Assembly (NCBI GenBank): GCA_900234795.1
Contig: LT962688.1
Span: 60,001-92,000, forward strand
Source: Methylorubrum extorquens
Lineage (GTDB): Bacteria; Pseudomonadota; Alphaproteobacteria; Rhizobiales; Beijerinckiaceae
Direction: 5' to 3'
DNA: 32,000 bases
Shown here one piece after another: positions 8,165 to 17,608 of this stretch; within the stretch, counting starts at the first letter, position 1; the number at the start of each line of letters is the position of its first letter. Made by a program: the position numbers and the translations under genes. The notes under the pieces are model-generated. The model ran no database searches. It saw only the letters and a list, made by a program, of their open reading frames with translations, and was not told the origin of the DNA.

Positions 8165-9456
8165 GGGTCGCCTTCGTCAATCCGCCCTGGGACTATCGCA
8201 ACAGCATCTATTTCGGCTGCCGCGAGCCCCATCTGCCGCTCGAACTCGGCTACGCCGCCGCTTTGCTGGAGGCGGGCGGCCACGAGACGCTGCTCGTCGA
8301 TTGCCATCTCGAAGGCCTGAGTACCGCGGAGGGCGCTGAGCGGATCGCGGCCTTCGCGCCCGCGATGACCGTGATCACCACGGCGCCCACCTACCTGTTC
8401 TGGCGCTGCGCCCCGCCGGAGATGCGGGTGCCGCGCGCCTTCCTCGAAGCGCTTCAAGGCCGCGGTGGGCGCACCGTCGCGGTCGGCCCACATGGCTCGG
8501 CCACGCCACGACCGACGCTGGAGAAACTCGGTTGCGACGTGGTCGTGCGGGGCGAGTGCGAGGCGATCGTGGCTCGTCTGGCCGAGACGGACGATCTGCG
8601 CAGCCTGCCCGCCCTCGCGTATCGCGATGCAGAGGACCGTGTCGTCGTCGCAGGGCCGCCCCATGCCGGGCGCTTCACCGACTTGCCGGCGCTTGCCTGG
8701 CCCGATGCCTGGATCGCCCGCCACCATCACCATCACCACCGCTTCGACACCGCGCCCGACGGGCCCGGCGCCGAGATCGAGGCCTCGCGCGGCTGCCCCT
8801 ATACTTGCAGCTTCTGCGCGAAGATCGATTTTCGCGATGCCTATCGTCGCCGCGACCTGCCGATCGTCCTTGAGGAGATCGACGGGCTGATCTCCCAGGG
8901 CGTCACCTACCTCTACTTCGTCGACGAGATCTTTCTGCCGCAGAAGCCGCTTCTGGAGGCCCTGGTCGGACGCCAAGTGAAGTTCGGGGTGCAGACCCGG
9001 ATCGATCTGTGGAAGCCCGATATGCTCGACCTGCTCGGGACGGCGGGCTGCGTTTCGATCGAGGCGGGCATCGAGAGTCTGACCGAGGAGGGACGCGCCG
9101 CACTCGACAAGCGCTGCCGCGCCTCGACCGACGACCTCGCCGAGCGCCTGATCCACGCCCGCCGCACCGTGCCATTCGTCCAGGCGAACCTGATCGCGGT
9201 GGCGGGCGACGATCCCGATCTCGTCGCCGCCTGGCGCGACCGGCTGCGCGGCGCGGGGGTCTGGGCGAACGATCCGGTGCCGCTCTACCCCTATCCCAGC
9301 TCACCCGATTACCGGCGGCTCTGGGGCGAGCCGGACGACGCGGCCTGGGAGCGGGCGCACGCCCATTATCTCAGTCAGTTCACCCGCTTCAGCGACATCC
9401 AGGAGGAGCGCCCGCTCCCGCTGCCCGAGTTGGAAGCGACCTGCGGATGCCGCTGA
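8161..9456 (+). CDS. B12-binding domain / radical SAM domain protein (class B radical SAM)
   Basis: ATGA overlap with the upstream gene. The N-terminal cobalamin-binding-like Rossmann region is VAFVNPPW...LGYAAALLEAGGHETLLVDCH...VITTAPTY...VAVGPHGS. The radical SAM cluster motif is EASRGCPYTCSFCAK (CxxxCxxC). Confidence 0.9.
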   Translation: MRVAFVNPPWDYRNSIYFGCREPHLPLELGYAAALLEAGGHETLLVDCHLEGLSTAEGAERIAAFAPAMTVITTAPTYLFWRCAPPEMRVPRAFLEALQGRGGRTVAVGPHGSATPRPTLEKLGCDVVVRGECEAIVARLAETDDLRSLPALAYRDAEDRVVVAGPPHAGRFTDLPALAWPDAWIARHHHHHHRFDTAPDGPGAEIEASRGCPYTCSFCAKIDFRDAYRRRDLPIVLEEIDGLISQGVTYLYFVDEIFLPQKPLLEALVGRQVKFGVQTRIDLWKPDMLDLLGTAGCVSIEAGIESLTEEGRAALDKRCRASTDDLAERLIHARRTVPFVQANLIAVAGDDPDLVAAWRDRLRGAGVWANDPVPLYPYPSSPDYRRLWGEPDDAAWERAHAHYLSQFTRFSDIQEERPLPLPELEATCGCR

Positions 9457-10553
9457 CTGCTGCCCGTCCCCACATCCTGATGAGCGCCGACGCGCTGGGC
9501 GGCGTCTGGCAATACACGCTCGACCTCGCCGCCGGCTTCACCCGCCGGGGCGCCTCCGTCAGCGTCGCCTTGATGGGACCGGCGCCTGCGCCCGAGCGGA
9601 TCGCGCGGGCGCAAGAGATCAGCGGCGCCCGCATTCTCACGACGAACCTGCCCCTCGATTGGACCGCCGAGAGTGCCGCAGAAGTTCGAGATGCATCGGA
9701 CGCGCTCGCCCGCCTCGCGGAGGAGACCGGCGCCGACCTCGTCCACCTGCATAGCTCGGCTCTGGCCCTCGCCGACTTCACCGCGCCGGTCGTGGCGGTC
9801 TGCCATTCCTGCGTTGCGACCTGGTGGGCCACTGTGGGGTCGGGCCCGCTGCCCGCGGATCTGGCGTGGCGGCGCTACCTCAACGCGCAGGGCTGCCGCA
9901 AAGCCGACCGGCTGATCGCCCCGACCCACGCCTTCGCCCGGACGACGCAGGCGGCCTACGGACTGGCGCTGGCGCCCCTCGTCGTGCGCAACGGCCGGAA
10001 TGTCCCCGTCTCGTCCGGGGCGGAACCCGCGTCCCACGTCTTCTCCGCCGGGCGCCTGTGGGACCTTGCCAAGAACGCCGCCGCGCTCGATCGGCTGGCC
10101 GCGCGCCTATCGGTGCCGGTTCGCGCCGCCGGCCCCGTGGCCGGGCCGACCGGCCAACGGGTGACGCTTACCGCCCTCGACTGCCTCGGCCGCCTCGACG
10201 ACGAGGAGATCGCGCGGGAGCTGAGCCTCCGGCCGGTCTTCGTGAGTCTTGCCCGCTACGAGCCTTTCGGCCTCGCGGTGCTGGAGGCAGCGGGCGCCGG
10301 TTGCGCCCTGGTGCTCTCCGACATCGAGAGTTTTCGCGAGTTGTGGGACGACGCAGCGCTGTTCGTCCCGTCCGACGACGATGCGGCGGCGGCCCGCGCC
10401 GTCCAAGGCCTCTTTGCCGACCCGGCCTGCCGCGCGGCGCTCGGCCGGGCCGCCCGCACCCGCGCCGCCGCCTATGGCACCGAGGCCATGGTTGCGGGCG
10501 TGGCCCGTATCGTCCGCGGCCTGCACCCGGCGCTCGACGAGGCGGCGGCATGA
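9447..10553 (+). CDS. glycosyltransferase family 4
   Basis: The ATG at 9447 overlaps the upstream gene by 10 nt. ILMSADALGGVWQYTLDLAAGF is the GT4 N-terminus, and FVSLARYEPFGLAVLEAAGAGCALVLSDIESFRELWDDAALFV is the E-x7-E region. Confidence 0.85.
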   Translation: MPLTAARPHILMSADALGGVWQYTLDLAAGFTRRGASVSVALMGPAPAPERIARAQEISGARILTTNLPLDWTAESAAEVRDASDALARLAEETGADLVHLHSSALALADFTAPVVAVCHSCVATWWATVGSGPLPADLAWRRYLNAQGCRKADRLIAPTHAFARTTQAAYGLALAPLVVRNGRNVPVSSGAEPASHVFSAGRLWDLAKNAAALDRLAARLSVPVRAAGPVAGPTGQRVTLTALDCLGRLDDEEIARELSLRPVFVSLARYEPFGLAVLEAAGAGCALVLSDIESFRELWDDAALFVPSDDDAAAARAVQGLFADPACRAALGRAARTRAAAYGTEAMVAGVARIVRGLHPALDEAAA

Positions 10554-11677
10554 GGATCGTCTACTTCACCCACTCCCTCGCCTCGTGCTGGAATCACGGC
10601 AACGCCCACTTCCTGCGCGGCGTGCTGCGCGAGTTGGCCGGCCTTGGCCATGCAATCGAGGCCTACGAGCCAGAGGGCGCCTGGAGCCGGGAGAACCTGC
10701 TTCGCGACCATGGCCCCGCCGGACTCGAGGCCTCGCTCGCGCCCTATCCTGAGCTGTCGCCGAAGACCTACGCCACGATCGAGGCGGCCGTGGAATACGT
10801 CGAGGGCGCCGACCTCGTCGTCGTCCACGAATGGAACGAGCCGGCTCTGGTCGCTGCGCTCGGTCGGGCCCGGAAGGGCGGCCGCATCGACACGCTTCTG
10901 TTCCACGATACCCATCACCGCGCGGTGAGCGCGCCTGACGCGATGCGCCGTTTCGACCTCTCGGGCTACGACGGCATCCTCGCCTTCGGCGAGACGCTGG
11001 CCGAGGTCTATCGCAGCTGGGGCTGGGGCGCGCGCGCCTACGTCTGGCACGAGGCCGCCGATACGCGCCTGTTCCGGCCACCGGCGGAGACGGAGGCGCC
11101 GCGGGCCGGTCTCGTCTGGATCGGTAACTGGGGCGACGGCGAGCGCACGCAGGAACTTGAGACGTTCCTGTTCCGTCCAGCACAGGCCGCCGGCCTCTCC
11201 CTCGACATCCACGGCGTGCGCTACCCCGCCGAGGCGCTCGCGACGCTCGAACGCTACGGCGCCCGCTATCACGGCTGGGCCCCGAACGCCGCCGCGCCCA
11301 TCCTGTTCGCCCGTGCGCTGGCGACGGTTCACGTGCCGCGCCGCTTCTATGTCGAGGCCTTACCCGGCATCCCGACGATCCGGGTGTTCGAGGCCCTCGC
11401 CTGCGGCCTGCCGCTGGCCTGCGCCCCTTGGAACGATGCCGAAGGGCTGTTCACGCCGGGCTCGGACTACCTGATCGCCCGCGACGGAGAGCAGATGGAG
11501 GCCCACCTGCTGGCGCTGCGCGAGGATGCGAGCCTGCGCCGGTCGCTCGCCGCCCATGGCCTCGCCACGATCCGAGCCCGGCACACCTGCCGGCACCGCG
11601 CCGATGAACTCCTCGCGATCCATGACTCCTTGACCACGTCCTTGAACGTGCCTGCCCGGATGGAGGCCGCCCCGTGA
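10550..11677 (+). CDS. CgeB-like glycosyltransferase (Glyco_trans_1_2/DUF3880-type), paralogue 1 of 3
   Basis: ATGA overlap. The N-terminus is MRIVYFTHSLASCWNHGNAHFLRGVLRELAGLGHAIEAYEP and the C-terminus is ...PTIRVFEALACGLPLACAPWNDAEGLFTPGSDYLIARDGEQM. Both signatures recur in the next two genes. Confidence 0.75.
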   Translation: MRIVYFTHSLASCWNHGNAHFLRGVLRELAGLGHAIEAYEPEGAWSRENLLRDHGPAGLEASLAPYPELSPKTYATIEAAVEYVEGADLVVVHEWNEPALVAALGRARKGGRIDTLLFHDTHHRAVSAPDAMRRFDLSGYDGILAFGETLAEVYRSWGWGARAYVWHEAADTRLFRPPAETEAPRAGLVWIGNWGDGERTQELETFLFRPAQAAGLSLDIHGVRYPAEALATLERYGARYHGWAPNAAAPILFARALATVHVPRRFYVEALPGIPTIRVFEALACGLPLACAPWNDAEGLFTPGSDYLIARDGEQMEAHLLALREDASLRRSLAAHGLATIRARHTCRHRADELLAIHDSLTTSLNVPARMEAAP

Positions 11678-12780
11678 AAATCGCGTTCTACGGCTCCTCC
11701 CTGCTCTCGTCCTACTGGAACGGGGCGGCAACCTATTACCGGGGCATGCTCGCCGACCTCGCAAGGCGCGGCCACCGCATCTCCTTCTACGAGCCGGACG
11801 CCTTCGACCGGCAGAGCCACCGCGACATCGACCCGCCGGACTGGGCCGAAGTACAGGTCTATCCCGCGACCATCGAGGCCGTCCGCGCGGTGATCGCGCA
11901 AGCTGCGGAAGCCGACGTCGTCGTCAAGGCAAGCGGCGTCGGCGTGTTCGACGACGAATTGCTGGAAGGCGTCGTCGCCGCCGCGCGTCCGGACGCCATC
12001 CGCATCTTCTGGGATGTCGACGCGCCCGCGACGCTGGCCGAGATGCGGGCCAACCCGGACCACGCCCTCCACCGGGCGATGCTCGCTCTCGACTTCGTGC
12101 TGACCTATGGCGGCGGCCCGCCGGTGATCGCGGCCTATGAGGGATTCGGAGCGCGTGCCTGCATCCCGGTTTACAACGCGCTGGATTCCGAGACTCACCA
12201 TCCAGTCCCGCCTGATCCGCGCTTCTCGGCCGACCTCGCCTTTCTCGGCAACCGGCTGCCGGACCGTGAGGCGCGGGTCGAGCGCTTCTTCCTCGCGGCC
12301 GCCGCGCGCCTGCCGGAGCGGAGCTTTCTACTCGGCGGCAGCGGCTGGGAAAGCCGCGGGCTTCCGCTTAACGTCCGCCATCTCGGCCACGTCTCGACGC
12401 GCGACCACAATGCCTTCAACGTCAGCCCCCGCGCCGTTCTCAACATCGCCCGCGACAGCATGGCGGCGGTCGGCTTCTCGCCCGCCACCCGCGTGTTCGA
12501 GGCGGCGGGCGCGGGTGCCTGCCTCATCACCGACGCCTGGGAAGGCCTCGGCCTGTTCCTCAAGGAGGGCGAGGAGGTGCTCGTCGCCCGCGACGGGCGC
12601 GACGTCGCCGACCACGTCGCCGCGCTGACGCCGGAGCGCGCCCGCGCCATCGGCGAGGCCGCCCGCCTGCGGATCGCCGCCGAGCACACCTACGCGCGCC
12701 GCGGTGCGCAGGTCGACGCGATTCTCCGGGACGAAAGGGAGCGCCGGGCCTGCGGGGTGCTTCGCCGGAGCGTCGCATGA
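11674..12780 (+). CDS. CgeB-like glycosyltransferase, paralogue 2 of 3
   Basis: GTGA overlap. MKIAFYGSSLLSSYWNGAATYYRGMLADLARRGHRISFYEPD ... SPATRVFEAAGAGACLITDAWEGLGLFLKEGEEVLVARDG. Confidence 0.75.
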   Translation: MKIAFYGSSLLSSYWNGAATYYRGMLADLARRGHRISFYEPDAFDRQSHRDIDPPDWAEVQVYPATIEAVRAVIAQAAEADVVVKASGVGVFDDELLEGVVAAARPDAIRIFWDVDAPATLAEMRANPDHALHRAMLALDFVLTYGGGPPVIAAYEGFGARACIPVYNALDSETHHPVPPDPRFSADLAFLGNRLPDREARVERFFLAAAARLPERSFLLGGSGWESRGLPLNVRHLGHVSTRDHNAFNVSPRAVLNIARDSMAAVGFSPATRVFEAAGAGACLITDAWEGLGLFLKEGEEVLVARDGRDVADHVAALTPERARAIGEAARLRIAAEHTYARRGAQVDAILRDERERRACGVLRRSVA

Positions 12781-13892
12781 CGAGCGCGCCGCTGCGCCTC
12801 GTGGTGCTGGGTCTGAGCCTGTCCTCGTCATGGGGCAACGGCCACGCCACCACCTACCGCGCCCTGCTTCGGGCCTTCGCGGCCCGCGGCCACGATGTCC
12901 TGTTCCTGGAGCGCGACGTGCCCTGGTACGCGGCCCACCGCGACCTCACCGATCCGGACTTCTGCAGACTGGCCCTCTACGCCGACCTCGACGACCTCGA
13001 GGACCACCGCGCAGCGATCGAACAGGCGGATGCCGTCGTCGTCGGCTCCTACGTGCCCGATGGGATCGCGGTGGGTCGCCGCGTCCTCGCCTGGGCGGAG
13101 GGCACCCGCGCCTTCTACGACATCGATACGCCGGTGACGCTGGCGAACCTCGCCGCCGGCACCTGCGCCTATCTCGAAGCCAATCAGATCGAAGCTTACG
13201 ACCTCTATCTCTCCTTCACCGGCGGCCCGACCCTGGAGCGACTGGAGGAGCGCTACGGCTCGCCCGCGGCGCGTGCTCTCTACTGCTCGGTGGATCCGGA
13301 GGCCTATCCGCCGTTTGCAGGAGAAAAAGCCTATGATCTGAGCTATCTCGGCACCTACAGCCCCGACCGGCAACCGATCCTGGAGCAACTGCTGATCGAA
13401 CCGGCCCGCCGCGCGCCCGACCTGCGCTTCGCGGTCACCGGCCCGCAATACCCGGACGGGATCGACTGGCCGGCCAACGTGACCCGCAGCGATCACCTGC
13501 CGCCGGAATCCCATCCGGCCTTCTACGGGCAGAGCCGCTACACCCTGAACGTCACCCGCGCCGACATGACCGCGGCGGGCTACAGCCCGAGCGTGCGCCT
13601 ATTCGAGGCCGCCGCCTGCGCCATCCCGATCCTGAGCGACCGCTGGGACGGCCTCGACACGATCCTCGCGCCTGGCCGCGAGATCCTGTGCCCCGAGGGG
13701 CCGGACGCCGTGCTGGCGATCCTGCGCGACTGGCCTGAACCCGAGCGCCGCCGGATCGGCGAGGCGGGCCGTGCCGCGATCCTCGCCCGGCATTCCGCCG
13801 CCCACCGCGCCGCAGAATTCGAAACGCACCTGCGCGAAGCAGCCGCCCGGCTGGCATTCCTCCGAACGCCGCCTCGAACGGTCACCAACTGA
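12777..13892 (+). CDS. CgeB-like glycosyltransferase, paralogue 3 of 3
   Basis: ATGA overlap. LRLVVLGLSLSSSWGNGHATTYRALLRAFAARGHDVLFLERD ... SPSVRLFEAAACAIPILSDRWDGLDTILAPGREIL. Confidence 0.75.
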   Translation: MTSAPLRLVVLGLSLSSSWGNGHATTYRALLRAFAARGHDVLFLERDVPWYAAHRDLTDPDFCRLALYADLDDLEDHRAAIEQADAVVVGSYVPDGIAVGRRVLAWAEGTRAFYDIDTPVTLANLAAGTCAYLEANQIEAYDLYLSFTGGPTLERLEERYGSPAARALYCSVDPEAYPPFAGEKAYDLSYLGTYSPDRQPILEQLLIEPARRAPDLRFAVTGPQYPDGIDWPANVTRSDHLPPESHPAFYGQSRYTLNVTRADMTAAGYSPSVRLFEAAACAIPILSDRWDGLDTILAPGREILCPEGPDAVLAILRDWPEPERRRIGEAGRAAILARHSAAHRAAEFETHLREAAARLAFLRTPPRTVTN

Positions 13893-13903
13893 GGGCAACA
13901 GCG

Positions 13904-14943
13904 ATGGACAGACAGGCTGAATGGGTGCTCGTCGCTGGTGGGGCCGGCTTCATCGGCTCGCATCTCGTCGATGCTCTGCTGGCGCGGGGCGCACGCGTCG
14001 TCGCCCTCGATAGCCTGCTCACTGGCCGCCGCGACAACCTTGCCCATCTCAGCCGCGAGCCGCGTTTCGAGTTCGTCGAGGCAGACATCACGGAGCCGCT
14101 GCCGCGGCTGCCGCGCTTCGAACGGGTATTCAATCTCGCCTGCGCGGCCTCACCCCCGCACTATCAGGCCGATCCGATCCACACGATGCTGACGAGCGTC
14201 GTCGGAACCCTGCGTCTGCTGGAGCGGGCGCGCAACGAGGGGGCGCGCTTCCTCCAGGCCTCGACCAGCGAGGTCTACGGCGACCCGCTCGTGCATCCGC
14301 AGCCGGAAGCCTATTGGGGCAACGTCAATCCGACCGGCCCGCGCGCCTGCTACGACGAGGGAAAGCGCGCCGCCGAGACGCTGGCCTTCGATTTCGAGCG
14401 GGGCCAGGGGCTGGAAGTCCGGGTCGCGCGCATCTTCAACACCTACGGACCCCGGATGCGGGCCGATGACGGGCGCGTCGTCTCGAACGTGATCTGTCAG
14501 GCGCTCGCCGACGCGCCCGTCACCGTCTACGGCGACGGCGAGCAGACCCGCTCGTTCTGCTACGTCACCGACCTCGTCGAGGGGCTGATGCGGCTCATGG
14601 CGTGCGAGGCCGCGCCGGGCGGCCCGGTCAATCTCGGTAACCCGCGCGAAATGACGGTGGCCGAACTCGTCAGCCTGGTCGCGGAGATGACCGGTACGCG
14701 CTCGCCCGTGGTGCGCCGCCCGCTTCCCGTGGACGACCCGCAGCGTCGCCGCCCGGACATCGCCCGCGCGCAGGCGCTGCTCGGCTGGTCGCCGAAGGTG
14801 GCGCTGGAACAGGGCCTTGAGGCGACAATCGCGTGGTTTGCCGGCGAGATCCGCGCGCCCGAGCAACCCGTCGTGAAGCCCCGATCCATCGGTGGACGCC
14901 ACCTTCGCCCGGTCGAGGCCGCCCTTGCGCGGCAGGCCCCGTG

Positions 14944-14944
<1 letters not shown>
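13904..14944 (+). CDS. UDP-glucuronate decarboxylase (UDP-xylose synthase)
   Basis: [58 protein letters not shown] and [10 protein letters not shown] are hallmark UXS/ArnA-decarboxylase motifs. GAGGG lies 8 nt upstream. This is the only junction in the operon with a spacer (11 nt). Confidence 0.9.
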
Positions 14945-16037
<1,093 letters not shown>

Positions 16038-16041
<4 letters not shown>

Positions 16042-16823
16042 GGCGGGTCTTTCTCGTGCGCCATGCGAGCCACGACCGGCTCGGGAAGGTGCTGTGCGGG
16101 CGAATGCCCGACGTTTCGTTGAGTGCGCAGGGTCGGGCTGAAGCGGAGGCGATGGCGACCGCGCTCGTGCGACGGCTCGCTCCCGACCTCCACACATCGT
16201 CAGCCGAGCAGGATCGCGCGCCTCTCCTCTCCCTCGCGGGGAGGTGGGAGGAGCCGGAGGTGGCTCAGGACGAGGCGCCCCGGTACCCACTGCCCGCCCC
16301 TGACTCGCCGGGAGGAGGGGAGCGCACGCGTCTCGCCCCGGTGATCGGTGGGGAACGAACACCCCGAAGCGGCATCCGAGTCCTCTCGAGCCCACAGACC
16401 CGCAGCCGGGAAACCGCCGCGCCGCTGGCACAGAAGCTCGGCGCCGCGATCGAGACCGCCGACGAGATCGACGAGATCGAGTTCGGCGCCTGGACCGGTC
16501 GCGCCTTTGCCGAGTTCGCCTCCGATCCCGCTTGGGTCGCCTGGAACGCGGAACGCACCACCGCCCGCCCGCCGGGCGGCGAGAGCATGGGCGAGGTGCA
16601 GGCGCGCGCCCTTCGCCTGCTCGACCGCCTCGGCCGCGAGGAGGCCCCGCCCGCGATCCTCGTGAGCCACGCCGACACGATCCGCGCCGCCTTGCTCGGC
16701 GTGTTGGGGCTCAGCCTCGACGCCTATGACCGCCTCGTCGTCGCCCCGGCCTCGTGGAGCGAGCTCGCGCTCTGGCCCGGCGGCGGCCGGGTGGTCTCGA
16801 TCAACGAGCGGGTGAGCCCATGA
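16038..16823 (+). CDS. histidine phosphatase family protein (phosphoglycerate-mutase-like) with an internal insertion
   Basis: ATGA overlap. VFLVRHASH (RHG-type catalytic motif), [15 protein letters not shown], and a C-terminal [13 protein letters not shown] (second catalytic His). At 261 aa it is ~60 aa longer than usual because of the segment at 16188-16373. Confidence 0.8.
16188..16373 (+). other. about 186-nt in-frame insertion inside the histidine phosphatase gene (low-complexity, repeat-like)
   Basis: It separates the RH(A/G) motif (aa 8-10) from the SSPxxRxxxTA motif (aa 117-127). The usual distance is about 40-50 aa. It encodes [62 protein letters not shown]. It contains pyrimidine/purine mirror tracts (cctctcctctccctcgcggggaggtgggaggag at 16221-16253, ccgggaggagggga at 16308-16321). 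Third-position GC is visibly lower than in flanking codons. Confidence 0.4.
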
Positions 16824-17608
16824 CGCGTCTTGCGACGGATGCCCCCAGTTCCGAGGCATTACGCCGGGAGGCCGACGCCCTCGGGCCCTGGTTCCACAAC
16901 ATCGACCTCGGCGGGGTCTGGACTGCGCCCGATCACTTCCTCGGCGATTATCCAGGGTTGAAGTGGCGTCGGTTCGCGTCCGCGCTTCCCGCCGACCTCA
17001 CCGGCAAGTCCGTGCTCGATATTGGCTGCAACGGCGGCTTCTATTCTATCGAGATGAAACGTCGCGGTGCGTCCCGGGTGCTCGGCCTCGATTCCGACGA
17101 GCGCTACCTCGCGCAGGCCCGCTTCGCGGCTGACCACCTTGGCCACGACATCGAGTTCCGCAACCTCTCGGTCTACGATGTTGGGGCTCTGGCCGAGCGC
17201 TTCGACGTGGTTCTCTTCATGGGGGTGCTCTACCACCTGCGCCACCCGCTGCTGGCCCTCGACCTGATCCACGAGCACGTGGCCGGTGATCTCCTGGTGT
17301 TCCAGTCGATGCTGCGCGGATCGTCTCAGGTCGAGCCGGTGGCGGACGATTACGACTTCTGGGACATGGATCAGTTCGAGCGGCCCGGTTACCCGCGGCT
17401 GCACTTCGTCGAGCATTCCTACGCCCATGACTGGACGAACTGGTGGATCCCCAACCGCGCGGGAATGGAGGCGATGCTGCGCGCGAGCGGCTTCACGATC
17501 GAGAGCCGGCCGGAGGCGGAGGTTTATCTCTGTCGGCGGGCGCCCGCACCGGCTGGGGCAGAAGCCGTCTATCCGGCACGCGGGATCAACGGGAGGGAGG
17601 GCCGATGA
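16820..17608 (+). CDS. CmoB-like class I methyltransferase (Methyltransf_9/DUF1698 type)
   Basis: ATGA overlap. GPWFHNIDLGG, VLDIGCNGGFYSIEM (SAM motif I), FDVVLFMGVLYHLRHPLLAL and WWIPNRAGMEAMLRASGF parallel the CmoB signature blocks as I recall them. Confidence 0.85.
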   Translation: MTRLATDAPSSEALRREADALGPWFHNIDLGGVWTAPDHFLGDYPGLKWRRFASALPADLTGKSVLDIGCNGGFYSIEMKRRGASRVLGLDSDERYLAQARFAADHLGHDIEFRNLSVYDVGALAERFDVVLFMGVLYHLRHPLLALDLIHEHVAGDLLVFQSMLRGSSQVEPVADDYDFWDMDQFERPGYPRLHFVEHSYAHDWTNWWIPNRAGMEAMLRASGFTIESRPEAEVYLCRRAPAPAGAEAVYPARGINGREGR

